Below are positions 35,575-43,549 of a stretch of DNA of 64,000 nt, piece by piece; within the stretch, counting starts at the first letter, position 1; every line of letters begins with the position of its first letter. The DNA is from a virus: the IMG/VR virus record IMGVR_UViG_3300032053_000047, positions 8,990-72,989 of that record, one strand, 5' to 3'. The notes under the pieces are model-generated. The model was given only the letters and a program-made list of their open reading frames with translations. It was not told where the DNA came from and made no database searches. A program made the translations under genes and the position numbers.

Positions 35575-36672
35575 TCAGGTAAATCGCGCCTGCGCCGCGT
35601 CTAATTTCGGCTTGCAATTTCCGGGGTGGACGTAGTGCATTGTCATGCGGATATCGCTATGCCCGGCCTGTCTCTGGACATCCGGCAGGGGTATTCCCCA
35701 AACGTTGACGGCCAGACTGCAAAACGTGTGGCGGAGGTCTTTGACGTTGCACCGCCGCTCGAATCCCTCAGCTGCCAATGCCCGCGTGAGGCCATTGTAG
35801 AGGATGTTGTTCGTGAGGGGATATCCCTCAGTCCCAGTAAACACAATTTCACTACTGATCCCCCGCACCCGTTCCCGTTCCAGGACAGCAATCACGGCCC
35901 CGCTGATTTCAAATGTTGCTAGTCGCCGCGCCTTCTTTTGAGTCCGTTCCACAATTCCCGTTTTCAGGTTTACTTGCCGCCATTTCAGCGCCGTCGCGTC
36001 CGAAGGCCGCTGGCCAGTCAATCCAATCCATCGGATACAATTGGCAATGTGTGGCGCTCGTTGGGCGACAATTTCAAAGACGCGGGCGAGTTGATCCTCA
36101 GTCAGCGGCCAGATCTCCGGTTCCTCGCATTTCGGCAGGAGCCATTTGCGGATCGGCGACTGGCCTATCAGTTCCCGATCCACAGCGGCGTTCAGACAGG
36201 CCCTCAACATCATCAGCCGGTTCCGCGTCGTCTTGGCCGCATGGCCATCCCGGATGCGGCTGTCGGCGGCCCAGGCGTCCACAGTAGCCGGTGTGAGTTG
36301 GGATACCCGCCCGATATTGCGGCCCGCGCAGAATTGTTGGAAATCATATAGGACGCGGTTCGCCAGCGCGATTGTGCCGTCCGCAGCATTTTTCGCAGGT
36401 AGCACTTTATCTACATAATGGTCAACAATATCCCGAATACGGGGCCCCGCCGGGTCTTCCCCATCGGTCTGGGCCTCAGCAGCATGGTCTGTTATGAGTG
36501 CCGGCACGACTTCTTCCTTATATTGAGTCAGTGCGGCGTGGGCCTCAGCCTCCGACTGGGCGTTTATAAGCCGCCGGGTCCGCTCCTTTGTCCCCGGCCA
36601 ATAAGTACTAATCCCCCAGCGGTTTTTGGCGCGGTTGCGGTAGAGTGAGACGATAGGTTCGTTACGGCGCAT
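35575..36672 (-). CDS. int: Tyrosine integrase
   Basis: TGQRPSD (catalytic R), KDLRHT, AGHSDIRMTMHY. Confidence 0.95.
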   Translation of the reverse strand: MRRNEPIVSLYRNRAKNRWGISTYWPGTKERTRRLINAQSEAEAHAALTQYKEEVVPALITDHAAEAQTDGEDPAGPRIRDIVDHYVDKVLPAKNAADGTIALANRVLYDFQQFCAGRNIGRVSQLTPATVDAWAADSRIRDGHAAKTTRNRLMMLRACLNAAVDRELIGQSPIRKWLLPKCEEPEIWPLTEDQLARVFEIVAQRAPHIANCIRWIGLTGQRPSDATALKWRQVNLKTGIVERTQKKARRLATFEISGAVIAVLERERVRGISSEIVFTGTEGYPLTNNILYNGLTRALAAEGFERRCNVKDLRHTFCSLAVNVWGIPLPDVQRQAGHSDIRMTMHYVHPGNCKPKLDAAQARFT

Positions 36673-36947
36673 GGGGCGACTCGGTTTTGACGACTTCAAC
36701 TACGTCATCACCCGGCGCAGCATCGACTATCCGCATACTCATTTTTATCTTGTTTGGGGCGCATGGTAGGGCGGTTAGGACGACCTTTTTCCCAGCTTCC
36801 CGCAATGTGTCCGCGGGGAGTTTATCCGGCCATGCCCGTATGTGGCGGCGGTGGATTTCCGCATAGGTTTCCCGTTGCGTTCGGGCGATGACCTCCCCTT
36901 CACGTTCACGGAATGAACGGGTATCAGGCGGATCTTGCCGGATCATG
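36662..36947 (-). CDS. Hypothetical protein upstream of the integrase
   Basis: ORF overlapping the integrase start; start uncertain. Confidence 0.4.
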
Positions 36948-37078
36948 AAAACATGAATAATGCTGCTATACCGAAGACGGCTAACATAATTGATGACCAC
37001 ATGTTTTCAAACGCATTACCCATTCCAAAGAATAGAGGACCAAGGGCACCAATGAATATTCCGAGTAAATCCCACATG

Positions 37079-37450
37079 TCAATTCTCCTCTTTTATCGCT
37101 GCTAAAATCCGTTCGATGTTTCGTTTGTTCTTTCCATATGCGACAATTTGGCCTAATGTCTTAGAATTGGCCTCGATACGCGTAGTTTTTTCGTCTACGG
37201 GGGTGAGAATCAGCGTGACTTCATCACCCCATGTCCAGAGACTTACCGGCGTACCTGCTGTGATTATGCCCGCCTGTTTATCACTGAACTTGACGGTCCA
37301 ACCAAGATCGGCGACTGCACGGACCGCCGCAGAGAAAGCCGTATCTATATTTCCGCCGTAAACGACAGGGTCAATGCCGCCGCGCCCCGTACTCGTGGAA
37401 GCACACCCGAAGAGGAACAAAACTAAAACAATACACAATCCGCGTTTCAT
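37079..37450 (-). CDS. Lipoprotein
   Basis: MKRGLCIVLVLFLFGC lipobox. Confidence 0.8.
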   Translation of the reverse strand: MKRGLCIVLVLFLFGCASTSTGRGGIDPVVYGGNIDTAFSAAVRAVADLGWTVKFSDKQAGIITAGTPVSLWTWGDEVTLILTPVDEKTTRIEANSKTLGQIVAYGKNKRNIERILAAIKEEN

Positions 37451-37453
37451 CGC

Positions 37454-37966
37454 CTACCGACCTCCGTAGTTGCTCGCGCGCGCTTCCCGTTTATGCGTCA
37501 CCGCCTCAATGGCTTTTTGTCGCCATAATGCTGTATCTCCGGCATTTCCGGGCGCAGTCTGAGTGATCGGCACAAGATCTGTATGAATGCCGTCTGGCAG
37601 ATTGGCAGATGCACCACTTGCCGCGTCAATCCCTATGCCTATAGGCGCAAGCAGGCCGATTAGTAATAGGTTGCCAAAACCCGATCCCGCCGCGTTCTTT
37701 CCTACTGTTCGGTTAATAGGAGAGGTGACGGTATGATATCCGTCAAGAGTGTAGGTAGCAAAATAGTTCTTCTTTTTGGAGAGTTTTATTGTCCCCGGTG
37801 TGGTAGTCGTAAAGTAAAGACCCGGCTTTTTCGATTCCACGGCCACCTTTGCGCCGCGAGGTTCAGAGGTAAAAGTAACGTTCTTGCTCGTATTGCCTAG
37901 AATTGTAGCGCAACTCGCCAAAGAAACGAGCATAATTATAATCACTGCAACCCTAACCCTTCTCAT
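37454..37966 (-). CDS. PEGA-domain lipoprotein
   Basis: Lipobox LASC; FTSEPRGAKV...TTPGTIKL. Confidence 0.8.
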   Translation of the reverse strand: MRRVRVAVIIIMLVSLASCATILGNTSKNVTFTSEPRGAKVAVESKKPGLYFTTTTPGTIKLSKKKNYFATYTLDGYHTVTSPINRTVGKNAAGSGFGNLLLIGLLAPIGIGIDAASGASANLPDGIHTDLVPITQTAPGNAGDTALWRQKAIEAVTHKREARASNYGGR

Positions 37967-38170
37967 AATGTCCCCTTTCTCGGTTTTTCCACTAGCTTTG
38001 TCCAGTGTTTCCTTCAATAATACCGTATTACTTATAACTCCTATTGACAAAGAAACCTATTGGTGATAAAAGGATTCCGCTGCGGTGCAGGCCACTCCTG
38101 AGTCTGCCGGGGTGCCGCCGATCCTGCCTAAATGATTTGGGGAGGTACGGGCATGAAGTCACAATACGAG

Positions 38171-38581
38171 TCATTTTTTGCCTGTCTTAAACGGCATCTC
38201 GGCGCGATCCATCGCGGTCGCATAGCAGGTTACAAACGTGCCAAGCTTTTCGATCTTTCGGTCGAGGCTGAACTCGCGGTCGGGCAAATTAAGAGCAGCG
38301 GCAAGCGCATTCGCGTCAAGCCTGGCAACCCTAAGCGGGTCCGAAGTTGAATCGCTAATTTCAGCGGGCGGCATTATCTTCATAATAAATCCATGTTCAC
38401 GCAACCAAGGCTCTAGGCTGGAACGCTTCTCTGGGCCAAGAACGCCACGGCTCACAAAATCATACAGCGGCTGCGGAGTTTTCAATCCAATTGCTTTGGC
38501 GATATCTGTTACGTGAATTCGCTTAGACGCGGCGGAAAGCGCCGCTCGTAGCCGTTCTTTTTCCGGTTCCATGTTGAACAT
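38171..38581 (-). CDS. CI-like repressor (HTH)
   Basis: VTDIAKAIGLKTPQPLYDF; divergent from the Cro-like gene. Confidence 0.65.
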   Translation of the reverse strand: MFNMEPEKERLRAALSAASKRIHVTDIAKAIGLKTPQPLYDFVSRGVLGPEKRSSLEPWLREHGFIMKIMPPAEISDSTSDPLRVARLDANALAAALNLPDREFSLDRKIEKLGTFVTCYATAMDRAEMPFKTGKK

Positions 38582-38649
38582 TGTAAACGCTGTAAGTCCT
38601 TATCACAAGCCTCTCTAGAGCAATCTAGACACCCCAGTCAAAATTCCTC

Positions 38650-38678
38650 TTGACAAATCTAGGTAAATCGTCTAAGAT
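38650..38678 (+). promoter_or_regulatory. Rightward early promoter with repeated (AA)TCTAG operator-like half-sites
   Basis: TTGACA-N17-TAAGAT; TCTAG repeated four times within 38613-38695. Confidence 0.75.
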
Positions 38679-38704
38679 TCTAAACGGAATCTAGGAGGTA
38701 CACG

Positions 38705-39016
38705 ATGAACAAAGACAATAATGACCGCCCGCCGAGGGCTGAACGGCTTCGTGAATTACGCGGTGAACGAACCCTCCGCGAAGTAGCTAAACAGTTGGGG
38801 CTTTCACCTGCAACCATATCACTTAATGAAAATGGATACCCAATTTCCGCCGAGGTAGCCAACCTCTACAGCCAATTCTATGGCGTCGAAGTATCCGAAT
38901 TTTGGACGCCACCGGAACTTCCAATGGCCGACGCGGCCCAATCCGCGTCCTCTTGCGCTGACAATAGTTTACCACTGGCCGACGAAAATTTCAACCTGGA
39001 AGATGTCCATGCCTAA
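38705..39016 (+). CDS. Cro-like XRE HTH regulator
   Basis: LRELRGERTLREVAKQLGLSPATISLNENG. Confidence 0.9.
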   Translation: MNKDNNDRPPRAERLRELRGERTLREVAKQLGLSPATISLNENGYPISAEVANLYSQFYGVEVSEFWTPPELPMADAAQSASSCADNSLPLADENFNLEDVHA

Positions 39017-39299
39017 AGTCGCAACTGCCGATCTCGCGATGCGCGAGTACTGGACCCCCGCCCAGGCGGCGCGGGTGCTCGGCCACGGGGCGGCATTCTG
39101 GCGGGCCGCGTTTGACCGCGGCGACGTCCAGGGGCAACTCGCGGGGGATCGCCGGTATCTAGTCGCCGGTTCAGCCCGCGTCTACCTGACTGGCCTATGC
39201 CGGGCCACTGCGCCCACAAAACCGCTGCAAACCCGCGGAGAAGCGGCTGTAGCGCGGTTCATGGCCCAACATGGGGCGCGGCCAGTTAGTACGAATTGA
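39009..39299 (+). CDS. Excisionase-like HTH protein
   Basis: YWTPAQAARVLG...DRGDV...RRYLV. Confidence 0.7.
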   Translation: MPKVATADLAMREYWTPAQAARVLGHGAAFWRAAFDRGDVQGQLAGDRRYLVAGSARVYLTGLCRATAPTKPLQTRGEAAVARFMAQHGARPVSTN

Positions 39300-39341
39300 C
39301 GAAAACGGAGGGGATCTGAAATTTGAATCGGCAACGCCGAC

Positions 39342-39415
39342 GGCAGGCTTGGCGCGGCTAGGCACGGCGAGGAATGGCCTGGCTAGGACCGGCTGGGCAC
39401 GGCATGGGATGGTTT
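39342..39415 (+). repeat. GGN-NN pentamer array 1 (candidate guide RNA)
   Basis: GGCA followed by 14 in-phase pentamers, all starting GG (10 of 14 GGC). Confidence 0.9.
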
Positions 39416-39434
39416 ACAAAATGGAGGAAACAAC

Positions 39435-40106
39435 GTGAAGAAGACAGAGGAAGCGGAAGCGGCACCAAAACAAAAGACGGTTTTAATTGAAAAGCCAAAC
39501 ATGGAAATCGGGCTTTTCCGTATCCGTGGAACGGCTCCTTATGTGCAACACCGTTTCGCCACGAAAGCCAAGGAAATGATGAAGGCGAAACAGGAAGCCG
39601 GATCAACGGCAGCAAAAGGCGCAAAGCGAGAAGCTAAAAACTTCATGGCAGAGTATGAGGCGGCGATGTACAAGATCGGCGCAAACGGGAAACCGGTGGA
39701 ACATGGCATTCCCGCGCCTGCATTCCGTAACGCCATGATCTCGGCTTGCCGGGTTGTCGGCTTCCCTATGACGCGCGGCAAGTTGGCCGTGTTTGTGGAG
39801 GCCGATGCGTTCGATGAAAGCGACGGCACGCCCTTGGTGCGCATCATCAAAGGCAAACCCCACTGTACTGAAATGCCAGTGCGCCTCGAAACAGGCGTGA
39901 TCGATATTAGGGTACGCCCGATGTGGGACGCGGGGTGGGAAGCCGAAGTGCGTATCCGATTCGATGCCGACATGTTCACGTTGGAAGACATCGGAAATCT
40001 GTTGTTCCGGGCGGGCGTGCAGGTAGGTATCGGTGAAGGACGGCCCGACAGCAAAAAGTCCTGCGGGATGGGCTGGGGGTTATTCGAGGTTGTCAAAAGC
40101 AAGTAG
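39435..40106 (+). CDS. Stand-alone RAMP/Cas7-like protein
   Basis: FRIRGTAPY strand, GIPAPAFRNAMISA helix, C-terminal G-rich loop GIGEGRP...GMGWGLFEV; SD GGAGG. Confidence 0.75.
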   Translation: MKKTEEAEAAPKQKTVLIEKPNMEIGLFRIRGTAPYVQHRFATKAKEMMKAKQEAGSTAAKGAKREAKNFMAEYEAAMYKIGANGKPVEHGIPAPAFRNAMISACRVVGFPMTRGKLAVFVEADAFDESDGTPLVRIIKGKPHCTEMPVRLETGVIDIRVRPMWDAGWEAEVRIRFDADMFTLEDIGNLLFRAGVQVGIGEGRPDSKKSCGMGWGLFEVVKSK

Positions 40107-40134
40107 CCGCCGCTGTGTGTGATAGTTGAATCAA

Positions 40135-40280
40135 GGCAGGCACGGCGGGGCCGGGCATGGCGGGGCTCAACGGGGTTCGGCTTGGCGCGACTTGGCGAGA
40201 TAGGCTTGGCAGGCGCGGTTCGGCGGGGCGGGGCGGGGCGGGGCGGGGTATGGCACGGTTCGGCAAGGCATGGCAGGCAT
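40135..40280 (+). repeat. GGY-NN pentamer array 2 (two candidate guide units)
   Basis: ~26 pentamers punctuated by 4-nt GGCA units at 40135, 40208 and 40272. Confidence 0.9.
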
Positions 40281-40321
40281 GAAACGGTTGAGTGAGCGAA
40301 ACGACGAAAGGACAGAACGGA

Positions 40322-40774
40322 ATGGACAGTTCAGTGTTGGATGAACTTGAGATGATCCGCGTCAAAAGCGGCGGCGTGCTCAAGCCAGAAGATGTAGTCC
40401 AGCGGGCGAAGGGCAAAAGCAACCCGCTACACAAGTATTTCACATGGGATGATACGGCGGCGGCGCGTGAATACCGCCTGTGGCAGGCCCGTGAGTTAAT
40501 CCGCGTTCATGTGCGTATCGAATCACCGGGGCAAACATTTCCAACCCGCGTGTACGTCAGTCTCGATGCCGACCGGCAAGATGCGGGCGGCGGGTATCGC
40601 CACATCGACGACGTGTTAACCAATACAGACTTGCGCAGCCAACTACTTGACGAGGCCGACCGCGACTTCCGGTATTGGGAAGCCAAGTATTCACACTTGA
40701 AAGAACTCGCTGGCGTTATCGAATCAATGGATATGGTGCGGACAAGACGTAGCAAGAAATCCAAGGCGGCGTAA
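40322..40774 (+). CDS. Conserved phage protein, putative partner of the RAMP-like gene
   Basis: LKPEDVV...PLHKYFTWDDTAAAREYRLWQARELIR. Confidence 0.7.
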   Translation: MDSSVLDELEMIRVKSGGVLKPEDVVQRAKGKSNPLHKYFTWDDTAAAREYRLWQARELIRVHVRIESPGQTFPTRVYVSLDADRQDAGGGYRHIDDVLTNTDLRSQLLDEADRDFRYWEAKYSHLKELAGVIESMDMVRTRRSKKSKAA

Positions 40775-40784
40775 CGGAGGCCAC

Positions 40785-41060
40785 ATGACGGCACGTAAGT
40801 GGAAACAGAAACGGGCATTACAGCGGTTCGCGGAGGCGGTCCAGGCGCTACCCGGATTAGCCTTATGGGGAAAATGCAAAACGCTTGAAGACGTTCTGTA
40901 TCGCGTTGCCCATCCCGCTTGGCTGCCAATTGTAGATGCATGTACGGAAAGAACTGGTTTTGCGCCAATGGATGCGGCCAACATCGAATCCCGCAAGGAT
41001 ATTCGCTGGCTCTACCGGAGGTTACTTACCGCCTGCGGTGTTGATGCACGGCACGTATAG
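40785..41060 (+). CDS. Hypothetical protein
   Basis: SD GGAGG. Confidence 0.6.
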   Translation: MTARKWKQKRALQRFAEAVQALPGLALWGKCKTLEDVLYRVAHPAWLPIVDACTERTGFAPMDAANIESRKDIRWLYRRLLTACGVDARHV

Positions 41061-41240
41061 GAGAGGGGCATGAAAACGGCGATAGTCGCGTGTAAATGCG
41101 CACACGCATGGCAGGACGCCCGTTACGGCGCACACAACCGCGTGCATAACTACTCCCCGAACAAAACTTCGCCGAAATGGGTTTGCACAGTATGTCGCGC
41201 TGAAAAACCAGCGCCTAATATTTAAGAAAGGAGAGGAACT

Positions 41241-41474
41241 ATGAGACTAGAACTCTACGGCAGTGGACCACCGCAAGAGCAGGTGACACGGATTCGGGTG
41301 CGGCAAAATACTGACGCCATCATTATTGACGCAGTTGATGCCAATGGCAACCAAGTAGAGCATGGACTTTTGTTCGAGTTGACACCTAAAGGCCTTGAAT
41401 GTTTTTGCAAGGTTAATAAGACATTGGGATTTCCCCTTGAAGGTGCTGGTTATATCAAGGTCATTAACAAATAG
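41241..41474 (+). CDS. Hypothetical protein
   Basis: SD AGGAG. Confidence 0.6.
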   Translation: MRLELYGSGPPQEQVTRIRVRQNTDAIIIDAVDANGNQVEHGLLFELTPKGLECFCKVNKTLGFPLEGAGYIKVINK

Positions 41475-41531
41475 CCTCCTTCCGCCGCGAGCCGGGGCGC
41501 GGAGTAGTACCCCGGCATAGAATTGAACTGT

Positions 41532-41604
41532 AGTCGTGTAGCGCAATAGGTAGAGCGCGGCGCTGTTAACGCCGAGGTTGTAGGTTCGAGTCCTACCGCG
41601 ACTG
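41532..41604 (+). tRNA. tRNA-Asn(GTT)
   Basis: Full cloverleaf; anticodon arm CGGCG-CTGTTAA-CGCCG; T-arm GTAGG-TTCGAGT-CCTAC; no encoded CCA. Confidence 0.93.
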
Positions 41605-41629
41605 TTAAAAGTTGAAGAACCGATCCCCG

Positions 41630-41727
41630 GTGTGCCGCTGGGCACGTTCATCCTCACCATCCAACCCAGTAGCCGATTCACTCAGATAGGGACGCGCCAC
41701 CCTCGCGTCCCATGCTCAGCGGCACAC
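41630..41727 (+). ncRNA. Structured RNA with a 15-bp closing stem and C-rich interior
   Basis: GTGTGCCGCTGGGCA/TGCTCAGCGGCACAC. Confidence 0.55.
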
Positions 41728-41749
41728 TATAAAAATTGAATAGCTTTTT

Positions 41750-41814
41750 GATGTGCTGGGAAATGGTATAGCGGAGTTTGATAGTAAACAGGTTTCGATT
41801 CCTGCCAGCACATC
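41750..41814 (+). ncRNA. Minimal tRNA-like RNA
   Basis: GATGTGCTGG/CCAGCACATC stem plus a CAGG-TTTCGATT-CCTG T-arm; no anticodon arm. Confidence 0.55.
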
Positions 41815-41987
41815 GAGTTTGCGAGGATGTCACCGGGATTACCCGATGGCATTTCCGCAAAGTGGCGTCACCTGCCGTGCTCCGTTTATGCCTAGGCTGA
41901 GCGAAGTGGTGAGGGAACGCCGCCAGACTAGGCGTGACTTAATGCCACGGTTCAGAGTAACCGAGGCGAAGAAATTGAATAGTTCTT

Positions 41988-42175
41988 GATGTGTTGCGGC
42001 GTGGTGGGACACGCTAAAAGGCGGCAACGACCGGCTAGAACCACAAAGGGGTAGTGACCCTTTCGATTGTCGGTAAGTAGGTGAGCTACTTGTAAGACGA
42101 GCGCGGAAAGTGCCGATATTGACCCGCGCATGTGGAACCGAACAAACGGGCAGGTTCAAATCCTGCCAGCGCATC
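41988..42175 (+). ncRNA. tRNA-like RNA with a ~135-nt insert
   Basis: 9-bp acceptor-like stem, D-arm GCGT/ACGC, T-arm GCAGG-TTCAAAT-CCTGC. Confidence 0.6.
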
Positions 42176-42269
42176 GAGTTTTTGCCCGCCGAATGAGGGC
42201 AGTAGAACGCGAGAGAGGAGGTGGTCCGCGAGACGGCTAAGCGGACCCCATGACACAGTTGAATCTGAT

Positions 42270-42371
42270 CTTTGGCGTGCTACCGGCTACCCTTGCGGAA
42301 CATGCGCGAACCCTGCGGACTGTCTAGACAGCGCCGTAGCAAGTATGCACTAACGGTTTAGCACACCAAAG
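42270..42371 (+). ncRNA. Structured RNA with a 13-bp closing stem
   Basis: CTTTGGCGTGCTA/TAGCACACCAAAG (one mismatch); TTGAA leader and T-run trailer. Confidence 0.45.
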
Positions 42372-42493
42372 TTTTTGCGGCCTGTGATGCCGCGAGCGGC
42401 GACACCAAGGATTCAATCTAGCCGCATAGTGCGTGCGGTGCCGGGTTTGTGGAAACTTTCCCGGCACCGCCCTCCCCAACGAAAGGAGAACTA

Positions 42494-42850
42494 ATGTTCA
42501 GGTTAACGACAAACGACGATACTGTTGTGTTTCAGGTCCCGTGTGGAGAGGGAACTATCCGCTTTGAATGTTATTGCGGAAGCGGAGGCGCTGCATTAGT
42601 CGTTGCTAATGCACTTCGCAATGCCCATCCGGTTCTCTTCGACACCATTGAAACGGAACCCCATGTGTTAAAAAGTGAAGGGGATTGGCTACGTGAACGG
42701 TTACATGAAGTACAGACGAAAATGGATCGTGCCGTGGCGGAGATACGCGATTTGGAGAAGATAGCGAAAAATACATCACCTATCCCTACACTTCAAGAAT
42801 TTGGATTGTTTCGAGACGCCGTGTTCGCGGCGGTGAAAAGAATCGAATAG
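42494..42850 (+). CDS. Hypothetical protein within the RNA cluster
   Basis: SD AAGGAG before ATG 42494. Confidence 0.6.
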   Translation: MFRLTTNDDTVVFQVPCGEGTIRFECYCGSGGAALVVANALRNAHPVLFDTIETEPHVLKSEGDWLRERLHEVQTKMDRAVAEIRDLEKIAKNTSPIPTLQEFGLFRDAVFAAVKRIE

Positions 42851-42869
42851 TTACCAAAGTTGAATTCGT

Positions 42870-42958
42870 GGGCGAGTGGCGAAATTGGCAAACGCAGCGG
42901 ACTTAAAATCCGCTACCCCGGCCAGGGGTTTTTGTAGGTTCGAGTCCTGCCTCGCCCA
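42870..42958 (+). tRNA. tRNA-Leu(TAA)
   Basis: GGGCGAG/CTCGCCC acceptor; GCGGA-CTTAAAA-TCCGC anticodon arm; long variable arm; T-arm. Confidence 0.93.
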
Positions 42959-43373
42959 TCTTATGAATTATTAAACTATTAGGTTTTGGCTAATAGTTGC
43001 CCCGGAGAGTACGGGTATACAGTTGAATATTTTTAGGTGTGCTGTGGCCGAAGGAATGCGTGACGGGCGCGAGAAATCGCGTTGGTAGTGCGACGACGGC
43101 CCCAACGGTCGGCTCAATGATGGAGTAAGGAACAAACCCCTAGAGCAGCAAGCAGGTCAGCCGGGCGCGGGTGATTTTACCCGTAATGACAGTACAGGCC
43201 GAGATAATCGCCTGATAGCCATAGTATACCGATTTCCCAGCAGCGACCTTGCGGGGCCGTGCGGTGACATGGCGTAGCTCTCCCATAGAGAACGTCATGG
43301 CATCGTTACATCAACCCGTTCCGGTTCTATCACGGCTGAGGCCGGACGCCGCTCGGATAACAGTTGACGGGTA

Positions 43374-43487
43374 TCGGCGGATGTCCCAATGGCACTGTCC
43401 AGGAACAGTGGTCGGGCTTCGTGCGGTGCGTCCCTGGCGGGTGCGTGGGGTTCGATTCCCCAACGCACAGAATGCAGCATCCGCCGA
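43374..43487 (+). ncRNA. T-loop-containing structured RNA
   Basis: TCGGCGGATG/CATCCGCCGA 10-bp stem; GGGG-TTCGATT-CCCC hairpin. Confidence 0.5.
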
Positions 43488-43549
43488 GTTTTAGCGATGC
43501 CAAGGAGCGGGTCAACAGCGGCCCGCCCCCGCAAAGAAAGGAAAATGAT

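Noticed and set aside
39342-40280. Pentamer arrays as a CRISPR array or a plain microsatellite/G-quadruplex
   Set aside because: There are no 25-40 nt repeats with spacers. Positions 4-5 vary freely while phase and GG are kept, unlike slippage repeats. G4 formation remains possible but does not explain the punctuation or the flanking of a RAMP-like gene.
40093-40443. Minus-strand Pro/Arg-rich ORFs across the arrays (also 39358-39624)
   Set aside because: Low-complexity translations of the repeats, antisense to the operon
41988-42175. tmRNA or intron-containing tRNA
   Set aside because: No GGGG 5' end or alanine identity, no encoded CCA, no tag ORF or group I core recognised
43249-43549. ORFs predicted inside the RNA cluster (e.g. 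41753-41989, 42132-42353, 43249-43494)
   Set aside because: No SD or protein motifs, and they overlap strongly base-paired elements
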